Source of the DNA: Camelus dromedarius | Taxonomy: Eukaryota | Assembly: GCF_036321535.1 (NCBI RefSeq) | Contig: NC_087436.1 | Coordinates: 39,000,001-39,064,000, forward strand | DNA: 64,000 nucleotides | Reading direction: 5' to 3' | Part shown: positions 14,541 through 27,476 of the stretch, piece after piece | Layout of the letters: every line of letters begins with the position of its first letter | Numbering within the stretch: position 1 is the first letter of the stretch | Translations under genes and position numbers: made by a program | Notes under the pieces: model-generated | The model's input: only the letters and a program-made list of their open reading frames with translations | What the model was told of the DNA's origin: nothing | Databases searched by the model: none

Positions 14541-14876
14541 TTCATGTTGTTATAACAAAATACCAAAGACTGGTTGCTTATAAACAGCAAATATATTTCT
14601 CATATGTCTGGAGTCTGGAAGCCTGGGATCTGGGTGCCAGCATAGTTGGTTCAGTTGAAGTCATTCTTCTGAATTGCAGACTGCTGACTTCTCACTGTGT
14701 TCTCACATTCTAGAAGGGACATATGAGCTTCTTTTATAAGGGAATTCATATCATTCATGAGGACCCCACCCTCATGATCTAATTACCTCCCAAAGGCTCC
14801 ATCTCCTAATACTGTCATGGGCATTAGGATTTCAATATATGAATTCCGAGAGGACACAAACATTCAGACCATAGCA
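14541..14876 (-). mobile_element. MaLR solo LTR (MLT1A-like) inserted in the L1 ORF1 end
   Basis: ataacaaaataccaaagactgg...ccaccctcatgatctaattacctcccaaagg...acaaacattcagaccatagca. L1 sequence resumes on both sides (ctaaaagaatgg / ctaaatgaagttc). Confidence 0.85.
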
Positions 14877-17095
14877 AATAACTAAATGAAGTTCTTTAAA
14901 TGGAAGGTAAACAATAAAATAAGGACCCTTAGAACATCAAGAACAAAGAAAGATAACAATAAGAAAAAAATGTAGGTAGATAGAATAAGCTTTCTTTCTC
15001 CCTTGAGTTTTCTCAATTATGTTTGACAGCAGAAGAAAAACATTATAAAAACTCTCTGATATAATTATAAATGTATGTAGAAAGTAGTTAAAACAATTAT
15101 ATTATAAACAAGGGAGGATATGAAGGGACATGAAGTTAAGTAAGGTTTCTATACTTCACTTGAACTGATAAAATGATAACATCAGTAGACTTTGATAAGT
15201 TAAGCATATATAATGTAATATTTAGAACAATGACAGAAACTGCAGAAATACTCAAAAAACTATAGATAAATAAAAATGGAATTCTAAAAAATACATAAGT
15301 AATCCCACAGGAAACTAGGAAAAAGACAACAAATAAAAACAAAAGACAACAAAAAGAAAAAAAAAAGAGACTTAAACTCTATTACATCAATAATTACATT
15401 AAATATAAATGTTCTAAATATACTAGTTAAAGGATAGGGACTAGCAGATTGGATTAAAAACATGACTGAAATATATGCTATCTAGAAGAAACTCACTTCA
15501 AATAAGTACCTTGAACAATATAGGCAAGTTGAAAGTAACAGGATGGAAATATATATATCAAACAAATGTTAATCAATGGAAAGCAGGAGTGGATGTATTA
15601 ATATATTAAAGTAAACTTCAGAGCAAAAAAATTATCAGAGACAGTAGACATTGTATAATGATTAAAGTGTGAATTCATCAAGAAGATGTAGAAATCGTAA
15701 ATGTTGTATGCACCAAAAAACAGAACTGTAAATGGAACAAAAATTAGTAGAACTAAAAAGAGAAATAGATAAATCCATAATTATAGTTGGAGACTTTAAC
15801 ATCTCCCTCTCAACAAGTGATAGAACAACAGATAATCAGCAAGGATATAAAAGAACTCAACAACACCATCAACCAGTAGGCTATAATCAATATTTATAAA
15901 GTGTTCTACTGAACAACAGAATACATTCTTTCCAAGTGCACATAGAGTATATACCAAGATAGACTATATACTTGACCATAAAATAAGCCTCAACAAATTT
16001 AAAAGAATCAAAATTATGGAGTATGATCTCTAATCACAATGAAATCACACTAGAAATCAGTAACAAAAAGTTTCCAGGAGAATCTCCAAACATTTGGAAA
16101 CTAAAAAACACACTTCTGAACAATCCATGGGTCACAGAAGTCTTAAGGGAAATTAAAAATTCATTGAACTGAGTGAAAATAAAAATAGAGCATATCATTT
16201 ATGAGGCACAAATAATGCCCCGTTTATAACACTAAATGCATATATTTAAAAAGAGATAAAAGTCTCAAATTATAATCTAAGCTTTCACCTCAAAAACCTA
16301 GAAAAATAAGACCAAAACAAGCCCAAGGCAAGCAGAAGGGAGAAAATAAAGATAAGAGCAGAATTAAAAACAGAAAAACAATAGAGAAAATCAGTTGAGC
16401 ACAGAATTGGCTTTTGAAAAGATCAATAAAATTCATAAACCTCTAGCTAGACTAACACAGAAAAAATAAAGAAAATGCAAATTACCAATACCAGAAACAA
16501 AACAGAGAATATCACTACAGACACTGCAGATAACAAATGGATAAGAAGAGACTACTATGAACAACTCTACATATAAATTCACATACACTTGAAAACAGAA
16601 AAAATGACCAACTCTTTGAAAAGCACCAAGTACCACATCTCACCCAACATGAATTAGATAATCTGAGTAATCCTATAAGGATTTATATTTTAAAAATCTC
16701 CAAAAAAAGGTATCTCAGACCTAGATGGTTTTGTTGGAGAATTCTACCAAACATTTAAAGAAGAATCAACACCAATGCTACATAATTTCTTCCTAAAAGT
16801 AGAAGATCAAGGAGCACTTCTCAATTCATTTATTAAGTAATATTACCTTGATACCAAAACCAAAGACAACACACAAAAAAGAAACCTACAGCACAGTATC
16901 CCTCATGCTTTTAGAAGCAAAAATCCTTAACAAAATACTAGTAAATAGAATTCAACTATATTGTATATTATAAAAAGAATTCTATGCCATGAGTAAGTGG
17001 AGTTTATTCCAGGATTACAAGATTGGTTCAATATTCAAAAATCAATGTATTCCACCATATTAAAAGGCTAAGGAAGAAAAATCGTATGATCATAC

Positions 17096-18143
17096 CTTTG
17101 GGTTCTAGGACTGGACAAAATGTTGTTAAACTTGACACTGAAAACAGTCCATAAATAGAAAAGTTGATAAATTGCACTTCATCAAAATTAAACACTTTTG
17201 CTCCGAGAGAGACTGTATTAAAAGGATAAAAAGACAAGCTACAGAGTAGGAAACAATATTTGCAAACTAAATATTTGACAACAGGCTAGAATGTGTAAAG
17301 AACTATTAAAACTCACCAGTAAAAAAGCAAACTATCCAATTATAATATGGGCAAAAGACATGAAGAGACATCTTATTGAAGAAGACATACAGCTGGCAAA
17401 TAAGCATAGGAAAAGATGTTCAACATCATTAATCATTTGGGAGATGCAAATTAAAACCACAATGGGATATCACTATACACATATCAGAATGACTAAAATG
17501 AAAAATAGGGACAGCACCTAATGTTGGAGAGGATGTGGAGCACCCAGCAATTTTTTACACTGCAGCTGGAAATGTAAAATGGTACAACCACTCTAGAAAA
17601 TAATTTAGTAGGTTCTGTTAAAAACTGAAGGTAGAACTACCAGTAATACTGGGCATTTATCCCTGTGAAACGAAAGCTTATATTCACAGAAAAACCTATA
17701 CACAAATGTTCACAGCAGTTTTATTCTTAATAATAATTAATAAAGAAACAACTCAGATGTACTTTAATGAGTAAGTAAATGGTTAAAAATATTGTGGTCC
17801 ATTCATAGCATGGTACCCCTCAATAAAAAACAAACTATTGCAACACACAACACCTGGATCTATCTCCAGAGAATCAGACTGAGTGAAAAAAGCCAGTCCC
17901 TAAATGTTATATACTGTATGATTCCATTTTATAGCACCTTAAAATAAAATATATATGGGAATGGGGGGCAATTAGTGATTAGCAGGAGTCTCTTGACTGC
18001 ATCAGTGTCAATATTCTGGGTGTGATATTGTACTATGGTTTTGCAAGATGTTACTATTAGAGGAACTGATACATGGGATTGCTCTGTATTCTTTCTTACA
18101 GCTGCATGTAAACTAAATTTATCTCAAAATTAGAAATTTAATT
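17096..18143 (+). mobile_element. Second L1 3' segment (ORF2 end + L1MD-like 3'UTR) nested in the L1 relic
   Basis: Abrupt jump from RT sequence to ORF2 C-terminal sequence at ~17096. It has its own 3'UTR (tcttgactgcatcagtgtcaatattctgg...ttttgcaagatgttactatt) before a second 3'UTR starts at ~18145. Confidence 0.6.
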
Positions 18144-19139
18144 AAGAGCTATCAAGCCATGAAAATACCTGAATGGTCCTTAAATGTATATTGCTAAGTG
18201 AAAGAAGCCAGTCTGTAATAGCTGCATACTGTATGACTCCAAGTATATGACGTTCTGGAAAAGACAAAACTTCGGAAGACATTAAAATAATCAGTGGTTG
18301 CCAAGGGCTTGTAGGGAGGGAGTAGGGATGAAGAGGTTGATCACAGGGGAATTTCCGGCAATGAGACTACTCTGTATGATACTATAATGGCAGATACATG
18401 ACAGTGTACATTCATGAAAACCCACAGAATAGTACAACACAGTGTGAATCCAAATGTAAGCTATAGACTTTAGTTAATAATAGTATATCAATATTGGTTC
18501 ATCAATCATAATAAGTATATCATACTAATGCAAAATGTTAATAATAGGGAAAACTGTATTGGGAGGAGAAGGGATATATAGGAACACTCTATGCTTTCTG
18601 CTCAATTTTTCCATGAGCTAAACTGCTCTAAAAAAAAGTATTATTTTTAAAATGTTTGATTTAAAAAATATCATGGCCCTTCCTACAAAATGCAGAGTGG
18701 TCTTGTCTGCTCGCTAAGATGAAAAAAAAAAAATTTCTGTGCTTTACAGTCCTCTGGGATGGAAGAAGTAGCTTATGGAAGAGGAATGAAGGCACATTGC
18801 AGAGTAGATGAGGGTATTTTACAGTTTCCTGGGATTTGTTTGCCAGCTCTGCTGAGTTCTACAGGGAATACTCACTTTTGTTTATTTGCAAGCGTTTGGA
18901 ATCTCTGCTACTGTGTGCTTGGGACATGGAAGGAGGAGCTGGGTTGTTTTTCAGTGTGCCTGTGAATATATTTCTCAGTATTATAGAAAGTGTGACAGGA
19001 GTGAACTATGTCAACTAGAAAAGGGAATAGCATATTATTACATTAATTTTTCTAAGTTCTGAATTCCAAGCTATGGCATAAGTTTAATTCGGGAGCCCCA
19101 AGACAAAAATTTGAGAAAATGTTTTTAGTCTCGTTTTCC

Positions 19140-19660
19140 TCTTCCTAATGGCCACCAATATTAGTTGATTCCACCAACGTTTCGGAAATAACCACATGGC
19201 TTAAGTGAGTTCCATCCCTTTGGCCCCTTGATTTACAGTAGTCCTCTAAGGTGTATTTGACAGGAATTAATTACCTTTGTGATTGATACAGGAACAGGTG
19301 TGTGACCTGACCTAGGCCAATAAGAGTGAATATTAGGACTTTTCTTTGTGTATGTTGTGCCGAAGATGCTTTCTCTTCCTGCTGCATGTAAGAACAGATT
19401 TATATTGCCCAGGAAACTGTTGGCATGTACTTGGTAGAATGATACAGCCAGACGTGGGATGACACTTACCTCAAGGAAATCAGAGCATTGGCAGAGAAAG
19501 AAACCCTGTCCTTAATGACATACTTGAGATGGCAGATGAAGCCTTACTGAATCACCTCTGAATTTTTCAGTTATGTGAGCCAGTGAATTCCCTTTGTTCT
19601 TTAAGCTAGTTGGTTTCTGATTTTCTGCTATTTTCAACTAAAAGCATGCTAACTGATATG
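19140..19660 (+). mobile_element. Old MaLR LTR (MLT1I/J-like)
   Basis: tgacctaggccaataagagt ... ttttcagttatgtgagccagtgaattccctttgttctttaagctagtt ... ctaactgata. Confidence 0.7.
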
Positions 19661-20202
19661 ATTATTCTCTTCAGATCTTCATCTCACTGATGTAGGTCCA
19701 AAAAGTCTATTAAGATTGGAGTCACAAGGAAGGGTAAGGAAAGATAGCCCAGAAGCCCAGTAGCGGGGGTTTGAAAGGGGAAAGGAGAAAGAGATCAGAA
19801 GTATAAAAAATGGATATGCCTCTGGCCACAGACTCATTGGGGTCATAAGAAACATTCAGTCCTTTTTAGCAAATCACTGTAATCACTTAGGCTGCTTCAA
19901 GGAATAAATGCGCAACAGGAGCCATGAAGAACTTACCTTCCCTCAATAATCAGCTGGTACAATCCATTATTGCTAGTAAATTTATACCACAAGAGAGAAG
20001 AAATAAGAGACAAAATGAAAGAGGAGAAGGCAAAGAAAATAACTGACCAACTCTCAACCTCTTTTCTTAGTCTTCATACTTCCCCTTCCTTTAAGCCTAA
20101 ATTTTCTCCCTCTTACTCTCTAAGTAACTAACTAAATTGGCTTTGAGTGATCATCTAAAGGTATTGTGGGTCTCTGGGGCCAGAAGCCCTGCATGAGAAA
20201 TC

Positions 20203-20795
20203 TAGTGGTGTCTGGAGCAGTCTTGTACTGGCTCACAAGAGTTGATTGATAAATTTTCAGGAAGTCTGTGAGCCAGTAGTTAAATTCTGTGAACATGACC
20301 ATTATTAAAATTAAATTATGTAAATGCAATAACTAGATAAGTTTTATTAAAAACAAAGCAATAAATACTCCAAAAATATCACTAAGTGTTATATTCCTTT
20401 GGCTATTATCTATGTTCTTGATGTTTTCTTATATCTATTGTATCTGTGTAGTGAAAATACAATATATTTTTAAAAGTATTTTATTTTTATTGAAGTATAG
20501 TCAGCTTATAATGTGTCAATTTCTGGTAATACATAATGTTCTGGTAAACAGCATAATGTTTCAGTCATACATATATTCCTTTTCATATTCTTTTTCATTA
20601 TAGGTTGCTGTAGGATAGTACTATATAATTTTGTATTACTACACATCTATTCCCAGCTCTGCATTCAGTGCTTCCTTAATAGTAGCTTGAAATTGGCCAT
20701 GGCAGGAGTATTTATAACGCAAAAATTGGCAAACTCTACAAACCAAGGCATTTCCTCCCACAAAGAACCAGTTAAATATTTACAAGCATACTAAG
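20203..20795 (+). mobile_element. MER63-like hAT DNA transposon, interrupted by a short minus-strand L1 3' fragment (~20477-20617)
   Basis: Termini tagtggtgtctggagc...tttacaagcatac and internal ccattattaaaattaaattat / agcttgaaattggccatgg. The insert reads tttattgaagtatagtcag... Confidence 0.75.
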
Positions 20796-23700
20796 AGACA
20801 TGTTAAGTCAACATATTTTTCATAAACAAACAAACAATAAAAGACATAAACTAAATTCTCCAAGGTTTCCTTCTCTTTCCTTCCAGTAGTAAAGTTTATG
20901 ATGTAATTGGAGCTGGAGTCCCGGATTATCTGTGAGTTAGGAAATCTAATGTATGAACACTTTCACTACTTAAACTTTCAGGGTGAAAAATGCTGTCAAC
21001 TGAGCACACAGAATCCAAGTTCAGCTGTCCCCTGCTCTTTATTGCAAACTCTGTGCAGGGTCTTAAGAGTATGTTTAATCTGGATGCCTGATAAATGATA
21101 TAACTTATTCAGGGTACATATCCTTGCCCTGATGGATTAGAAGGTTGTCTTTGTGGCATTAGATCATCTATTGAAAATAATATTGCTAGGCATACTTTCC
21201 TGTTGATGTCATTTATGGTGATCCAGAATTTTCCATTTATTCTTTAAAGATTTTATAGGCCTTAATCTATTATAGTTTGCTACTATTTTAGGGAAATCAG
21301 TGATTATTTCTGAATAGTTAAATACCTAATAACAAAAAAATTAACATGTAACTTTACAGTCTTGACCATAATTAATTTCCACAAAACCCCCCACATTTTT
21401 CAATCTGCTAGAAATATTAAATAATTATTACCAATATTTGTTCTCAGTAGTGTCCTCAAATGTGCCTTATTTTTGTCTCTAAGATTTAAACTCATATTAA
21501 AAAGTTCAATTTAAAAAAAGATAAAATTTTTTTAAAAGTTCAAGTTTCTTATTATGGGATGTACTTTCCTTCCATTTTTCATACTGTGGAGCCACAATCC
21601 TTAGTACTGAGAACCAAATAGAAAATTGCATTTTAGTGGGAGAATATCAGTGATCTTCGAAAATGTGATCAATTCCTTTCTCAAACCTTACTTCAAATAT
21701 TTAATCTTATGAGCAGACACTGGACCTAAATTTCTCTAAAAGGAAGCATTCTTCTTTTCACATTTATTTCATAGGTTAACACTGAAACGTAGTCAACAGG
21801 GATTTGTGTGCATGTAGGTAGTTCTGTATTTTTAATGTGAAATTCTGGTCCTGTCAAAGTTACGTATTTAGTTAGGTCAGTGAATCCAATTCATAGTTTG
21901 TAAAAATATTCACAAATAATTGTAGTAAGACAAAAGATTTTTTTAAAACAGTTTCCCTGTGATTCAATGGCAGCTGCAATTCTGTTAAGAATGGGCAAAA
22001 CCACAGGAAGGGAGTTAACTGAAAATGATTTTCTTTAGGGTGGTCCTATCAGTTTACCAAGAGATTTTTCTCTGCACTTACACAGGACTCTTCTGCCTGT
22101 TCACAGATAGTTGGCCAATGTGGATTGAATAATAGTTCATAAATATATATTATAGCATACTGTAACATACATATATACATATTATATGAAAGTTAATAGT
22201 CCAGACTGTGACTTTGAATAATGCTTGAAAAGACTACATTCGATTAAAAGTTTATTAATAAATTTTAATAATTTTCTCTACATTAAAAAGTTGATTTTGG
22301 AACCCATATGGGATTCTTTATTTTTCTATTTCATATCTCCTTGCCTTGATTTGATTTTTAAGATGCAGTTCTCAGAAATTTACTGTTAATTATAATACTA
22401 TCATTTAATAAGTGTGTAAATCTATAAACATTGTAAAAATGACATTACCAATGCATTTTATTTAATTATGCAAATTGAATTACACAAACTGGTAATTCAT
22501 CTAGTACTGTTTATAGAATATACATCTAGAGCATATTAGAGTGAAAAATACAACAAAGAAACTAGGGTGATGGAATATGGCAAGAATTAAACACTGTAAT
22601 TGCAACGTTGATATAAACTAGAATTTAGCCTAGTTCTCAGCTGCTTCTTTGCTAGAGGGCCTTAGTAGAGGTTTAGAAATCTATGGCATGTTTAGAAAAT
22701 CCATAATTTCATAAGATATTACTAAACACAAATTTTCAGAATAAAACATGCTTTTTTGGGGGATTATAAGACTGCTCATGTGTTTAAACCAAAGAAAACT
22801 AACAAACTTGTACATTGAAGCATTAGGTTAAGTTCTTTTTCACCCCCAAACTTTTTACATTTGATCTGTGGTACTTAAGGCCTTCAGGTGTCCTCATTTT
22901 TATATTGATGACTTGATTGCAGATATGCTTACGGTACGCTCTAAGATATGCTTATACACGAAAATTCAAAGGGGTCCTCACGTAATCTTTCACCCAAAGG
23001 TCAAGACTTTATACTGTGTGCTTTTCAAAGTGCCCTGCGATTTATGTCAGTACTATCATTGTTTATATTATTGTAGAAACTCAAATACACTGATGTTTGA
23101 CTTTAGCACAAAGCTCAATATAAGAATCATGAAGTTTTAAAGTTAGGCGTCCCAACAAGTCCAGCCTCTTCATTTTCAAATAAGGAAGCTGATGTCTGGT
23201 CTGGAACCAGGGCTCTTGGTACCATATCAACAACAGCACTCCATTTAGAACCTGGCTTCCTGTTTTCAGACCACAGACTAAACTCTTTTCCTGAAATCGC
23301 AAAAACAATCTGCTCAGTCCTCTTCTGTGTGCTGGGAAAAGCTGTTCACCAGTCATGAGGGGAAAAAACCAAACAAACAAAAAACATGAAAAAAAAAAAA
23401 AACCCTCACAGAGCCCAGGTGAGAAAACTGTAGGGTGACTGAAACAACTGTGGTCCTCCCTATTCTGAAGCTCTTCTAAACTGTGGGCAGTTATCTGTGC
23501 TTAAGATCAGGGGACAGTGTACTCCCAGTTCTTACAGTTATTTTAATTTCAATTCCTTTTCCCCACCATTTCTGGACAGATGACCATTGCTCTAGAGTGC
23601 CTCTCCTCTTTCTATTCTCATTTCCTCTTCTCTTTCTCTGTCGACTTATTGCTCTCTATTCCTTCAGCCTTCCCTATCTCTCTTCCTTCAGTATTCAAGT

Positions 23701-26625
23701 CTCAGAGTTACTGGGTGAGAGAAGACCATGATGATCACCACTGGAGAATATGTACAGATTCAGAAATAAATAGCACAGGGATGGTGGGCATGGAACCAAT
23801 ATGTTATCTTTTCTTGCCTCTACAACGAATTCATGCACAAATAATGGCAAAATATTTTTGTGTTTTGTATTTGGAATAGCATTTGTTCAATGGTAGCAAC
23901 ATGGCTCTGATAATTCTGTTTAAAGCTTATAGGTTTTTTGTCACAATAGTAACATACGATGGCTACTACCATCAGCTCTAACATTTCAAATATTGATGAT
24001 CATCATCATGGTATGATGAGGATGGTCAATCTGAAAGCCTTAGTGTTAGAGGATACTTTCATTAATTATTTGTTGAGAGTGTAGTATAGTGGCTTCTGAT
24101 ACATAATTTGACACCAAATCGTAATGGATCTATAATGAGTGAACAATTTGGGGTGTAGTTAGTAGAGGCTGGGAGTTATCTACATTTTTAATTATGCTAT
24201 CCAGTTCTATGTATTTTAGTCTATATGGATAGGATTTCTCAGTAATTCTTTGAGGTTATTTCCCCTTCAGATTCAATGAGTACTCTGATGTAAAACTCTC
24301 CTTTTTGATTCTTGTATTTTCCTATTGATTCATCTCAAGGCTCACCGTCTGTAGTCTCTCTCCCCACAACAAGAACTGAACTGAACTTCCAGCTCGTGTT
24401 TAGAAGACAACTCATTTAGCCATCTCATTGTCATGTTTCATTCTCCTCCAGGCTAAAAGTTTTTGAAAAGTGATATAAAAAATAAATGAGTTATAATACT
24501 ACAAAAAAAAATGTTGGTGCACAAGAGGAGAAGGGGTAGGAGAAGAACTTTGGAGAGCTTCTCCATTCATTTTTATAAAGGACAATTAAGATTGAAACAG
24601 TTGCATGCTTTATCTTACTTTAGCCAGGTTTTTACTATTGTGAAGTATTTGGAAGTTTGGAGAATTATTCCTGAAAAAGTTTCTCTGCATTCCATGTCTC
24701 ATTTCTGCCTCCTTAGAAAAAGTGATACATCCCTAGCTCCAGCTCTCTAAACATTATGTCATATACAAATTGTAATTTCTATATAAGTTCTATAAAGTTC
24801 TATATACGATGTCAGAGGAAAGAAAAGAGAGAAATTATTTAAACTGCTTCATAAAGTACTAGAATTATTTTATTTGAGATGAATTAAAAAAGAGTCTGTG
24901 ATTCTCCCTGTGTTATCTGGAGTACTTGACCTCCAAATGCAGAGCATGTGACTCCACTTAAGGGGCTGGAAATCTACCCGTGACTTGGGAGAGAGGGCTT
25001 CAGCAGACTTTACATGGCCAAGACCTGTTGGTGGTGAGATAGTAGTTTTGGGCCTCCCCTCCTTGAGATATAGTTATATTTTTTGTTGTATTTCATAAAA
25101 ATCAAAAGTTATATTTAAGAAAGGAAAAAATATAAAAAAGGAAAAAAATAATCTTACTCTTATGGGTCTGTTTCAGGAATAAGAGTAGAATCCAGCAAAT
25201 GGTTTAAACTAGGAATACATTAAAAGGATCGATTAATTTATGATTATGATGCAATTAGAAAACGATGTTTTCCCAAGCCTAGTTTTAAGGTAAATAGTTT
25301 AGTCTCAAACTTAAATGACTATCTGATCTTTGCCTTATTGATCAGGGAAACTAGTAAAAAAAATTTCAAGTAAACTTCCTGAAGCAGGAAATACAAAGTA
25401 GCATAAAAATTTAAAAGAAGCATGAATTTTGGAACCTTGGATTGGTACAAATTTAGTTCTGGGATCTGATTCAGAATTATTCTTACTTTATTCCAAGCTA
25501 GTTTGACATCATAGTAAAACATGGGACTAAGTTGAATCCAGTATGGTGATTTTGTATTTCAGAAAATAGAAAACAAAACAACAGAACCCTATAGATATGA
25601 CTACAGGAGCATCTAACACAATCTCTGGTTCTATTCAGGTTGCTTTATGGAAGGTGAAATATGAAAATGCTACACTTATGCCTGTTCCCAGCTGCCTTCA
25701 CGAGATCTCATGCCTCTGGGTCTCAATATTGTTCAGGTAAAAGCTCACATTCCTTGTCGACAGAAGGGAAGTAAGAAGGTGCCCTGAAAACTCCACAAAT
25801 ATATCCTGGAATGGCTCAAATCAGCCCTTCAAAGGATTTGGATATCCTACTTATTAACTTTTAAAGTTAATTATCCTTTGCTCATGAACGAAGTTGAATT
25901 TCGTTTATAACAATCAAAATGCAATGTATAAGGCACTGCTCTCTAGAGTTTTTTGCTAGAGCTTAAAAGGAGAGAGTGGAATATCATCTTGCATCTAATT
26001 TATATTTAATTTTTTTGAGTCATATGCTTTGAGACTACAAGTAATTTATATTTTCCTAGAAGTTATAAGTTAAAGTAGATTTTCACACAAAATGTCTTGG
26101 TAAATCAATTACTGAATATGAAGACTGGTTTCAGGGTTAAAGAAGTTCACAGTAAGTATTAATTCCAATTTAATAGCTTTAGTTTTAAAAAATAATGATC
26201 AGATTTTGAATGATTTATGTAATATAACATAAAAGAAATCAAGATAGAGCATGTAAGATGGACAATTAAGACAAGATTGTATGAGACCTGTCCAAAAAAA
26301 TAAAAAGAAAAAGAAAATTGAGACTGATATTAACTTATAATATGAAATGTGTGAAAGGCAAGCCAAACAGAATGTACATCAGCTGTCAGATTGCTTCATT
26401 CCTTTAGAGCAGTTGTTCATCTGAAAATAGCTTTCAAATGAGAAAGGATGACTACAAAAGGATTAGCTGCCATAGGCTTTTCTATACCCCCTAGAGCTCC
26501 AGGTTTGCTATGACAGAATAGCAAGAATTTAAAGGAAGTTTTAACTTTAGAATATTAAATAACATCAGGAAAGGTCTACATTAATGCTGAACTATATTAA
26601 TGCTATGAAGAGTTTTTAATGATAC

Positions 26626-26701
26626 CATTTCCATGGATTTCCTTCATGATGGCTGATGCTTGCTGTTTCCTCTGCTTCACCATGGTATTATGTGATAACA
26701 T
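26626..26701 (-). CDS. MYOZ2: Myozenin-2 first coding segment (exon 2; whole exon 26626-26714 including 13 nt of 5'UTR)
   Basis: Too short for the ORF track. Read manually: ACC-ATG then [25 protein letters not shown]+G, matching the MYOZ2 N-terminus. Acceptor TTTTAACAG|GGAAC, donor G|GTATC. Phase 1 joins exon 3 to give GAT (Asp). Confidence 0.96.
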
Positions 26702-27275
26702 GGTTTTTTGTTCCCTGTTAAAAATAAAGGGACGTTATTGAGGCAATGTGAAGAACTCATTTGGAGTGTTTTGTAATCATCCTTTTGAAAGAGAGCATCT
26801 TTGTTCTTTATTAAGAGTTTATTATTGCTTTCTACTGAAAGACTTTAATACGCATTCCGAGTCTGGCGACAGAGTGTGCTATTCATTGACAGGCAATCTC
26901 ACAGTGAACAGAGGCTGATTCTCAGAGTTTCAGGCCCAGTCTTATCTCTACACTAGTACAATGATTATCAGGCCATGAAAAACAATGAAAGAGCTGGCCT
27001 CCTTTCCCCTCCCTCTCTGTTTTCTACAGTTTATTTTAATCTGTCGCTGTTTTCCTTACTGGCCTTCATTTGTACCAGTATCACAATACATCAATTCCAG
27101 CAAACTGTAAGAATGAAGAAAGGACACCAGATTAAACCTGACCTCTTTGACTGTAGCATTTTAATATTAGCATCAACAGCTGTCCTTAAAGCAAAGAATT
27201 CCCATTAATGAGTCACAACTCTGAACTTCTTTGGACAACTGACTAATAAAGCATTTTAGGATACAGTATACTCAC

Positions 27276-27440
27276 CTTGCTCTTAGACCGTGCTTTTCAA
27301 CAGGATGAATCCCAATTTGTGGAGGAAAAACTAGAGATGGAATATGGATGGCACTTGGGCCCGATGGTTTTTATCCTTGTGCCTGGGACGGCATGGTCCC
27401 TAGATCTGACTCAAACTGGGGACTGAGCCTTTCTGAAGAG
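27276..27440 (-). other. MYOZ2: MYOZ2 non-coding exon 1 (5' end approximate)
   Basis: Strong donor CAAG|GTGAGT at 27276/27275, 561 nt above the exon 2 acceptor. Unique, more GC-rich sequence beginning about 30 nt downstream of a TATA-like element. Confidence 0.8.
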
Positions 27441-27449
27441 ACTGGCATC

Positions 27450-27476
27450 CAGCTGACATCAACTGACTATATATAG
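27450..27476 (-). promoter_or_regulatory. MYOZ2 core promoter: MEF2/TATA palindrome CTATATATAG (27467-27476) plus E-boxes CAACTG (27460-27465) and CAGCTG (27450-27455)
   Basis: Matches the MEF2 consensus YTA(A/T)4TAR and contains TATATA. Position just upstream of exon 1 of a striated-muscle gene. Confidence 0.7.

Larger units (their letters stand above)
12851..18640 (+). mobile_element. Ancient L1 relic (L1MC-like) with 5'UTR, ORF1, endonuclease/partial RT and 3' end, antisense to MYOZ2 in intron 2; all frames disrupted
   Basis: A-rich plus strand with L1 hallmarks: gatttctcatcagaaaccatg (ORF1), atagttggagactttaacatc (endonuclease), gaattctaccaaacatttaaagaaga and aaaatccttaacaaaatacta (RT), L1MC3-like 3'UTR (ctatagactttagttaataatag...). 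Confidence 0.9.

Noticed and set aside
17291..17521. ORF resembling the L1 ORF2 C-terminus (also 53901-54086)
   Set aside because: Real L1 homology, but only decayed fragments and not functional genes.
19464..19510. Second AG|GTAAGT in intron 2, inside the MLT1 LTR
   Set aside because: The preceding acceptor would be GAG, which is rarely used, and I found no convincing exon upstream.
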